Shown: one piece after another, positions 56,960 through 64,000 of the stretch
How the letters are laid out: each line of letters begins with the position of its first letter
Numbering within the stretch: the stretch's first letter is position 1
The notes under the pieces: generated by a model
Database searches by the model: none
What the model was told of the DNA's origin: nothing
What the model saw: the letters and a program-made list of their open reading frames with translations, nothing else
Made by a program: the position numbers and the translations under genes
NCBI GenBank assembly: GCA_965216635.1
Contig: OZ244188.1
Span: 1,760,001 to 1,824,000, forward strand
Source: a bacterium
GTDB taxonomy: Bacteria; SAR324; XYD2-FULL-50-16; G965216635
DNA length: 64,000 nt
Direction: 5' to 3'

Positions 56960-57484
56960 ATGTTAAGAACAACTACAGCACAAAAATTTACTTCTACTAA
57001 AATCTACGATCTTTTGATTGGACTAGGTGCAGAAAAAAAGAGCGCAGAGATTGCTATTGGAGAGTTTGTGGAACTGGTCCCAAAAGCTTTGGCTTCTAGT
57101 ACAACAGAAACGGGTTTGGATACCACTCTTCCTACGGACAAAGGGGATATCTGGAGATTGGAAGCCATCATTTCAGACAACAAAAGCGATACAGACATAA
57201 AACTGAAAGATATTGAGAAGGAAATAATAAAAACCAAAAGCGACCTAGAAAAAACTATAGCAAAAAACAAAAGCGCTACCGATTTGAAAATAGAAAAGAT
57301 GAGAACAGAAGCAGCAAAAAACAAAAGCGATACCGACCTGAAATTTAAGGATATAGATTTAAAAATAGAAAGGATGAGAACAGAAGCAGAAAAAAATAAA
57401 AACTCTTTATTATTTTGGGGTGTGTCAGTCCAGTTAGCAGTTGGTGGGTTGGTTGTGACTATATTGCAATTTTTACAAAACTAA
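56960..57484 (+). CDS. Head/coiled-coil/C-terminal TM protein (DUF1640/CCDC90-like), copy 1
   Basis: Short head, TDKGDI neck, charged repeats, C-terminal TM. Confidence 0.7.
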   Translation: MLRTTTAQKFTSTKIYDLLIGLGAEKKSAEIAIGEFVELVPKALASSTTETGLDTTLPTDKGDIWRLEAIISDNKSDTDIKLKDIEKEIIKTKSDLEKTIAKNKSATDLKIEKMRTEAAKNKSDTDLKFKDIDLKIERMRTEAEKNKNSLLFWGVSVQLAVGGLVVTILQFLQN

Positions 57485-57491
57485 AAATAAA

Positions 57492-58025
57492 ATGTTAAGA
57501 ACAACTACAGCACAAAAATTTACTTCTACTAAAATCTACGATCTTTTGATTGGACTAGGTGCAGAAAAAAAGAGCGCAGAGATCGCTATTGGAGAGTTTG
57601 TAGAACTGGTCCCAAAAGCTTTGGCTTCTAGTACAACAGAAACGGGTTTGGATACCACTCTTCCTACGGACAAAGGCGATATCTGGAGATTGGAATCCAT
57701 CATTTCAGACAACAAAAGCGATACAGACATAAAACTGAAAGAAATTGAGGGAAAAATAATAGAAAGCAAAAGCGATACCGATTTGAAAATAGAAAAGATG
57801 AGAACAGAAGCAGAAAAAAACAAAAGCGACCTAAAAGAAACTATAGCAAAAATCGAAAGCAACCTAAAAGAAACTATAGCAAAAAACAAAAGTGATACCG
57901 ATTTAAAAATATCAGAAAGTAGAGTTCAGATAATCAAATGGGTTATTGCGACTACTCTAACCAGTACGGGTATATTGATTGTTATAATATTTGGATTGTT
58001 GCAATTCTTAAAAGTGGCAGCATAA
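57492..58025 (+). CDS. DUF1640/CCDC90-like protein, copy 2
   Basis: Same N-terminal ~80 aa; IIKWVIA TM anchor. Confidence 0.7.
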   Translation: MLRTTTAQKFTSTKIYDLLIGLGAEKKSAEIAIGEFVELVPKALASSTTETGLDTTLPTDKGDIWRLESIISDNKSDTDIKLKEIEGKIIESKSDTDLKIEKMRTEAEKNKSDLKETIAKIESNLKETIAKNKSDTDLKISESRVQIIKWVIATTLTSTGILIVIIFGLLQFLKVAA

Positions 58026-58196
58026 ACATAAAATACCTCCCCGCCAAAAACACCCAAAAAAACAAAATTGCAGGGGATATTTTTTAAATTCTGCCCTATA
58101 ATCTTTTTATTTTTTTGGGCTTGACTTTAGTAGAATAGTTTGCTAAAATAAAACAACCAAATAAAATAACCAAAATAAAAACCTTATAAAAGTAAA

Positions 58197-58808
58197 ATGT
58201 TAAGAACAGCTACAGCACAAAAATTTACTTCTACTAAAATCTACGATCTTTTGATTGGACTAGGTGCAGAAAAAAAGAAAGCAGAGATTGCTATTGGAGA
58301 GTTTGTAGAACTGGTCCCAAAAGCTTTGGCTTCTAGTACAACAGAAACGGGTTTAGATGCCACTCTTCCTACGGACAAAGGGGATATCTGGAGATTGGAA
58401 TCCATCATTTCAGAGAACAAAAGCGATACAGACATAAAACTGAAAGAAATTGAGGGAAAAATAATAGAAAGCAAAAGCGATACAGAAAAAATAATAACAA
58501 AAAACAGAAACGACCTAGAAAAAATAATAACAGACAACAGAAACGATCTAGAAAAAATAATAACAGACAACAGAAACGATCTAGAAAAAATAATAACAAA
58601 AAACAGAACCGACCTAGAAAAAACTATAGCAAAAATCGAAAGCAACCTAAAAGAAACTATAGCAAAAAACAAAAGCGATACCGATTTAAAAATATCAGAA
58701 AGTAGAGTTCAGATAATCAAATGGGTTATTGCGACTACTCTAACCAGCACGGGTATATTGATTGTTATAATATTTGGATTGTTGCAATTTTTAAAAGTAG
58801 TAGCATAG
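58197..58808 (+). CDS. DUF1640/CCDC90-like protein, copy 3
   Basis: As above, with 33-bp EKIIT(K/D)NRNDL repeats x4. Confidence 0.7.
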   Translation: MLRTATAQKFTSTKIYDLLIGLGAEKKKAEIAIGEFVELVPKALASSTTETGLDATLPTDKGDIWRLESIISENKSDTDIKLKEIEGKIIESKSDTEKIITKNRNDLEKIITDNRNDLEKIITDNRNDLEKIITKNRTDLEKTIAKIESNLKETIAKNKSDTDLKISESRVQIIKWVIATTLTSTGILIVIIFGLLQFLKVVA

Positions 58809-58962
58809 GTATAAAACACCTCCCCGCCAAAAACCCACAAAAAAACAAAATTGCAGGGGACATTTTTTTAATTCTGCCCTATAATCTTTTTATTTTTTAG
58901 AACTTGACTTTAATAGGACAATTTGCTAAAATAAAACAACCAAATAAAATAACCAAAATAAA

Positions 58963-59562
58963 ATGTTCAGAACAACTACAGCACAAAAATTTACTTCTAC
59001 TAAAATCTACGATCTTTTGATTGGACTAGGTGCAGAAAAAAAGAGCGCAGAGATTGCTATTGGAGAGTTTGTAGATTTGGTCCCAAAAGCTTTGGCTTCT
59101 AGTACAACAGAAACGGGTTTGGATACCACTCTTCCTACGGACAAAGGGGATATCTGGAGATTGGAATCCATCATTTCAGACAACAAAAGCGATACAGACA
59201 TAAAACTGAAAGAAATTGAGGGAAAAATAATAGAAAGCAAAAGCGATACAGAAAAAATAATAACAAAAAACAGAAACGACCTAGAAAAAATAATAACAAA
59301 AAACAGAAACGACCTAGAAAAAATAATAACAGACAATAAAAATGATACAGACCTAAAACTGAAAGATATTGAGAGTAAAATCGTAGAAACCAAAAGCGAT
59401 CTAAAAGAAACTATAGCAAAAATCAAAAGCGATACCGATTTAAAAATATCAGAAAGTAGAGTTCAGATAATCAAATGGGTTATTGCGACTACTCTAACCA
59501 GCACGGGTATATTGATTGTTATAATATTTGGATTGTTGCAATTTTTAAAAGTAGTAGCATAG
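58963..59562 (+). CDS. DUF1640/CCDC90-like protein, copy 4
   Basis: As above, with 33-bp repeats x~3. Confidence 0.7.
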   Translation: MFRTTTAQKFTSTKIYDLLIGLGAEKKSAEIAIGEFVDLVPKALASSTTETGLDTTLPTDKGDIWRLESIISDNKSDTDIKLKEIEGKIIESKSDTEKIITKNRNDLEKIITKNRNDLEKIITDNKNDTDLKLKDIESKIVETKSDLKETIAKIKSDTDLKISESRVQIIKWVIATTLTSTGILIVIIFGLLQFLKVVA

Positions 59563-59919
59563 GTATAAAACACCTCCCCGCCAAAAACACCTGAAAAGAT
59601 GTTTTTGCTCTATTCAACCATTTGGCAACCATTTGGCTTTGTAAAAAAATGTTCCCAATGTTTTGATTGCTGAAAAATCGCCTCCCTGTCCCACAAATGC
59701 ACCAAAAAAGAAAAACCATAATTATTTACAAACCCAGATAATAAAAAAAAAACAAAGCTAAAAAATAAAATTTAAAAAGCTACAACCACCCAAGAAAAAC
59801 TTGCATTAATAATATCACTGTGAGACCATAGTTTTTATGTAACTGGATAGCAAAAAGATGCATTGCCATAACTAGCCTCTAGTTTAAAAGATCTCAAATA
59901 GTTATGAGGCAGAATGTAC

Positions 59920-59949
59920 TAGACAAAATCTAATTCTATCTGTTATAAT
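59920..59949 (+). promoter_or_regulatory. Promoter upstream of tRNA-Asp
   Basis: TAGACA-18 nt-TATAAT with extended -10 TGn. Confidence 0.55.
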
Positions 59950-59995
59950 CAGTCCTAGATAAGCAGTTATAGGTAATTTTATTCTTAAAAAATTA

Positions 59996-60073
59996 GGGGT
60001 TGTAGTTCAGTTTGGTTAGAACGCCGGCCTGTCACGCCGGAGGTCGCGGGTTCGAGTCCCGTCAACCCCGCCA
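59996..60073 (+). tRNA. tRNA-Asp (GTC)
   Basis: ggggttg..caacccc-gcca, anticodon loop ctgtcac, GTTCGA T-loop. Confidence 0.97.
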
Positions 60074-60091
60074 TTATTAACAATTTGAAAA

Positions 60092-61720
60092 ATGAAAGAA
60101 ATAAACACAGCACCCGAAACAATCAGAACGATATTCTCTAAAAATTATGAAATTCCTGATTTCCAGCGTCCCTATTCTTGGGATAATTATCAAGTAAATC
60201 AACTGTGGGAAGATTTTACCACTTTTTATTCTGATAACAAGAATAAACCAGAAACATATTATTTTGGTAATATTATTGTTTATGAAGAAAATGATAAACG
60301 TTTAGTAATTGATGGACAGCAAAGATTAACTACTTTATTGCTTTTAATCAAAGCACTTTTTGAAAAAGCAGGTTCCTATACAGAATTAGAAATTTGTTTG
60401 AAAAAAGCAGATAAAAGAGACAGAAAAAAACTTAAAAATGAGTTGAGAGTCGTTTCAAAGGTTGAAGTTAAGGAAGATCAAAAAAATCTTGAAAAACTTA
60501 TTTTGCATAATAATAGAGAAGGGAAAAGTCAACAAAACAAAAACTTTGAATGCTTAATAAAAAAACTTGAAGAATGGCAAAATTCTACAGACAGAGACTC
60601 AGAGAAATTAAATGAATTAATAGACACCTTGCTAGACAAAGTAGTTTTACTTCCCATTCGTTGCGAAAATGAAGACGATGCCTTATCTATTTTTCAAACT
60701 ATCAACGATAGAGGTATGTCTTTAGACGATTCTGATATTTTCAAAGCACAATTGTATTCTAAAGCCAAAAAGGAGAGAAAAGAAAAAGAGTTTGTAAAAA
60801 GATGGGGGGCATTAAAAGATCATTTATGGCTTTTTAGAATCCACATGCACATTCAGAGAGCAGAAGATAATATTATAGCCAAAGAAAAAGCACTGCGAGC
60901 ATATTTCCAAGAAAAAGGAAAAGACAGATTAAAAGATTATAATGTTATAATGAAGAGTTTAGAAACTTATTATAATATTATTGAATACTGGAAAAAACCC
61001 TATGAAATAGACATTTGGTGGAAAATTTTAGAAACCTATCCTAATCAATATTATAATTATCCTCTGTTTGTATTCTTACACGAACACAGAAACCGCAAGG
61101 AAGATGTATTTTCTATTGATAAAAAAACGGAAACAAAATTTCTTACCTTAGTCAAAGAGACTGTAAAATATTGTTTTATAAACGGATTGGCTTATAACAA
61201 TGTCAATACTATCAAAGATACTATTTTTAAAGTTTGCAAAGCTATTTATGCAAAAGAAGACTATCTCTCAATATACAAAGATAAGTTTCAGAAAGAATTT
61301 GAGGACTGCAAGCGTAAATTAGAAAACAACGACTACGGCAGATATAGAAAAGGTTTAGTTTTGCTAGCTTCTTTCCTTAATAAAAAACAGAATAATGAAG
61401 AATATTTAGACACACTAAATAACTACAATATAGAACATATTATGCCTCGCAAATGCCTTAACTATTTAAAAATATGGACAGAAGATTTATATAAAGAAAA
61501 ACTAGATAAATTAGGCAATCTTATCCCTTTAGAAAAGAAAAAAAATATACAAGCAAGCAATAAATATTTTATAAATAAAAAAACTATTTATGAAGATTCT
61601 AAAGTACAAGATGTAAGAAATTTATCAGCAAAAATAGAACATTGGCGCCCAGACGATTTAGAAACAAGACACCAAGAAGTAATGCGAAGATTAAAAAAAT
61701 TTTTTAAGGGCGGTTTATAA
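60092..61720 (+). CDS. DUF262-DUF1524 (GmrSD-like) putative modification-dependent nuclease
   Basis: IPDFQRPYSW, IDGQQRLTT, FQTINDRG; C-terminal IEHIMP..LGNL..N HNH-like motif. Confidence 0.9.
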   Translation: MKEINTAPETIRTIFSKNYEIPDFQRPYSWDNYQVNQLWEDFTTFYSDNKNKPETYYFGNIIVYEENDKRLVIDGQQRLTTLLLLIKALFEKAGSYTELEICLKKADKRDRKKLKNELRVVSKVEVKEDQKNLEKLILHNNREGKSQQNKNFECLIKKLEEWQNSTDRDSEKLNELIDTLLDKVVLLPIRCENEDDALSIFQTINDRGMSLDDSDIFKAQLYSKAKKERKEKEFVKRWGALKDHLWLFRIHMHIQRAEDNIIAKEKALRAYFQEKGKDRLKDYNVIMKSLETYYNIIEYWKKPYEIDIWWKILETYPNQYYNYPLFVFLHEHRNRKEDVFSIDKKTETKFLTLVKETVKYCFINGLAYNNVNTIKDTIFKVCKAIYAKEDYLSIYKDKFQKEFEDCKRKLENNDYGRYRKGLVLLASFLNKKQNNEEYLDTLNNYNIEHIMPRKCLNYLKIWTEDLYKEKLDKLGNLIPLEKKKNIQASNKYFINKKTIYEDSKVQDVRNLSAKIEHWRPDDLETRHQEVMRRLKKFFKGGL

Positions 61721-61725
61721 AAAAT

Positions 61726-62175
61726 TTGCAGACAAAGATGAGCGAAAAAATCATGAATGAGGAAAAAAAACGGTGGCAATATAGATTTGATAACTACAAA
61801 AGAGCCTACTTTTTATTGCAAGAAGCCATAGAAGAGAAATCACAAAGATCTTTAAGTCAACTTGAAAAGGAAGGCGTTATACAGAGGTTTGAATATTGTT
61901 GTGAACTAGCGTGGAAAACTATTAAAGATTATTTAGAAAGCCAAAATGTAGTGTTCATCCGAATTACACCTAGGGCTGTAATCAAAGAGGCTTTTGCCAG
62001 CAAACTCATATCTAACGGGCAAGATTGGATGGAAGCTTTAGATTCCCGCAATGCAATGAGCCACACCTATGATTTTAAAAAATTTGAGCTGGCAATAGAA
62101 GAAATAGAAAAAAAATACCTCGCCTGTTTCAGCGAACTTTATGAAACACTAGCAGAAAAAAACCTAGAAGAATGA
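61726..62175 (+). CDS. HEPN-domain (HI0074-like) toxin / NTase substrate-binding subunit
   Basis: GVIQRFEYCCELAWK, RNAMSHTY (Rx4H); start probably at 61738 or 61753. Confidence 0.9.
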   Translation: MQTKMSEKIMNEEKKRWQYRFDNYKRAYFLLQEAIEEKSQRSLSQLEKEGVIQRFEYCCELAWKTIKDYLESQNVVFIRITPRAVIKEAFASKLISNGQDWMEALDSRNAMSHTYDFKKFELAIEEIEKKYLACFSELYETLAEKNLEE

Positions 62176-62498
62176 CTTTCAATCACGGATTACAACAGAA
62201 ACAATTAAAACTTATTAAAGATATTTGTAAAAACTTTGCCAACCATATTGATAAAATATCTTTTTTTGGATCTAGGGCTACCGGCTCTTATAAAGATTAT
62301 TCAGATATAGATATAGTTGTCTATGGCAACATTAGTGGAAAAGATATTCGGAATTTGTGGACACAATTTGACGAAAGTAGTTTGCCTTATAAGGTGGATA
62401 TTACTGCCTATCATTTAACCGTCTATAAACCATTAAAAGATCATATTGATAATTATAGTAAAATTTTATTTTCTAAAAAACAGCTAGTAGCTAAATGA
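62172..62498 (+). CDS. Minimal nucleotidyltransferase (MNT) antitoxin
   Basis: FFGSRATG..YSDIDI, LPYKVD. Confidence 0.9.
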   Translation: MTFNHGLQQKQLKLIKDICKNFANHIDKISFFGSRATGSYKDYSDIDIVVYGNISGKDIRNLWTQFDESSLPYKVDITAYHLTVYKPLKDHIDNYSKILFSKKQLVAK

Positions 62499-62923
62499 GC
62501 GAAAAAAATAAACAAAAACCCAATCGGGGTTGTAATGACGATATATTGCTGGAGACTTTTGCTCTTTTGAAAAAAAAACTAACTCCATACTCTAAAAAAC
62601 TCACCGTTCATACAGACGAAAAAAAAAAATACGGACTTGTCGGAGATAAAGACTACACAACCACCTCACTAAAGACTGGCAAAACTACTACTAAACACGG
62701 AATGCACTTTGTAGATTTAATTATCCAAAAAGGCTACGTCGGATTTTACTTTATGTGTGCTTATACTGACCGTGATTTTATGAAAGATTTCTCCGAAGAA
62801 TTGCAAAAAAAACGCAAAGGGAAATCTTGCTTTTATTTCAAAAAACCCACAGAGATTACAGAAGAATTAGACAGGCTGCTAAAAAAAGGTTACGACTCCT
62901 TTCACCAAAAAAACTGGCTTTGA
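62495..62923 (+). CDS. Conserved hypothetical protein, DUF1801-like
   Basis: QKGYVGFYFM..Y, KGKSCFYFK. Confidence 0.55.
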   Translation: MSEKNKQKPNRGCNDDILLETFALLKKKLTPYSKKLTVHTDEKKKYGLVGDKDYTTTSLKTGKTTTKHGMHFVDLIIQKGYVGFYFMCAYTDRDFMKDFSEELQKKRKGKSCFYFKKPTEITEELDRLLKKGYDSFHQKNWL

Positions 62924-62927
62924 AGGG

Positions 62928-64000
62928 CTATAAGTTGGAGTGATTTTTAATACTAACCTCCATCACATAATTCGCAAAATCTGCCGTTAAATTTCCCAGC
63001 TTATCCGCTGCTTCTTTAATCTTTAAAGGATTATCTTGTTTTAAGGCTATTTTTAGTTTTTCTTTTTGTGCTTGAACTTTTTGTAAAGTTTGTTCTTCAA
63101 AAAAATCTGCTGCGAGAGTCCAAGATTTTTCTAGTGCTTTTAAGATACTTTCTGCTTGAAAACGAAACTCTTGCAAGCGACTTTGCAAAAAATCCTGCTC
63201 TGCATTTACAATAGAGCTTTCAATCATCCCGTCTATTTCTTGTTGTCTTAGACCTTGGTCTGGAATCACTTCAATTTCCACTTCTACTCCGCTACGAAGT
63301 TCTTTAGCTGATACTTTCAAAAGCCCATTAGCATCCACTAAAAACTCTACTTCAATCCTAGGCAATCCTGCTGGCATATTTGGAATTCCTCGTAAAATAG
63401 CTTGACCTAAAAAACGGCAGTCTTTAACTAATTCTCGTTCTCCCTGATAGATATTGATAGCTACCGAAGTCTGCCCGTCTTTTTGGGTAGAAAAAGTTTC
63501 CATAGCTTTTGTGGGAATAGAAGAATTTTTTAAAATAAGTTTAGAAAAAACTCCGTCTAAAGTTTCAATACCTAAGGACAAAGGAATCACGTCTACAAGC
63601 AAAAAATCTCTCCTCTTACCTGCTAATAGATTTGCTTGGATAGCGGCTCCTATGGCAACTACTCTATCAGGGTCTATTCTCATACGCGGCGATTTCCCAA
63701 AAATTTCTGTAGCTAGCTTCCGCACAGCTGGGACTCTTGTGCTACCTCCTACCAAAATTATATCTTTTATTTCTTCTGTTTTTAAATTAGCGTCTCTTAG
63801 AGCAATTTTGGTATGCTCTTTTGTTTTTTCCAACAAAGGAGAAATAATTTTAGTGAACTCTTTTTGTTTAATCGTAAAATCTATAGTTTCTTGTCCTACT
63901 TGTAAAGGAATGCTTGCTTCCAAATGATTGGAAAGTTGAATTTTTAGCTGTTCCGCTTTTTTTTTGAGATAGCTTTTAAGAACAGGAGAACTCTGTTTTT
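62928..64000 (-). CDS. Hsp70 family chaperone (HscA-like), 3' part
   Basis: LVGGSTRVP, DPDRVVAIGAAIQA, DVIPLSLGIET, VDANGLL.VSA; frame stays open to the window edge. Confidence 0.9.
   Translation of the reverse strand, partial: KQSSPVLKSYLKKKAEQLKIQLSNHLEASIPLQVGQETIDFTIKQKEFTKIISPLLEKTKEHTKIALRDANLKTEEIKDIILVGGSTRVPAVRKLATEIFGKSPRMRIDPDRVVAIGAAIQANLLAGKRRDFLLVDVIPLSLGIETLDGVFSKLILKNSSIPTKAMETFSTQKDGQTSVAINIYQGERELVKDCRFLGQAILRGIPNMPAGLPRIEVEFLVDANGLLKVSAKELRSGVEVEIEVIPDQGLRQQEIDGMIESSIVNAEQDFLQSRLQEFRFQAESILKALEKSWTLAADFFEEQTLQKVQAQKEKLKIALKQDNPLKIKEAADKLGNLTADFANYVMEVSIKNHSNL

Noticed and set aside
57004..59426. Antisense ORFs in the paralog array and other short opposite-strand ORFs
   Set aside because: Shadow frames of A-rich coding sequence with no motifs
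58039..59583. ccccgcca after array genes as tRNA-Asp att copies
   Set aside because: Only an 8-bp match, and upstream of the tRNA; too short to support

Overview
AT-rich chromosomal window from a Gram-negative bacterium (lpxA, ccmF, outer-membrane barrels). The separate atpB-atpE pair with an N-terminally extended c subunit suggests a deltaproteobacteria-like lineage, possibly host-associated; this is inference. The housekeeping backbone includes lysS, rpsD, coaBC, ilvB, tkt, lepB, ccmF, tyrA, plsY/plsC, recB, lpxA, truA, aroC, PBP1A, ybeY, atpBE and an Hsp70, plus scattered purine-catabolism genes, a stand-alone 5S rRNA, tRNA-Val and tRNA-Asp. Small defence modules sit one at a time between core genes: a Panacea TA pair, two type II R-M pairs, AIPR, a GmrSD-like gene and a HEPN-MNT pair. 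The most interesting module is a Pol-beta nucleotidyltransferase (Hailong HalB-like by inference) paired with a 2H-phosphoesterase-fold protein, bracketed by a 25-bp duplication of the ybeY start. Several modules are flanked by direct duplications of gene termini and by a modular palindromic MITE/RPE-like element family with TAGAC...GTCTA ends, although no integrase or transposase is present in the window. Also present: three beta-barrel surface proteins with two hypervariable loops, a four-gene coiled-coil membrane-anchored paralog array between the two tRNAs, a tandem promoter amplification, recurrent 15-bp in-frame repeats, and an internally deleted htpX pseudogene that the ORF track misses. 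All calls come from motif recognition by eye; no searches were run.
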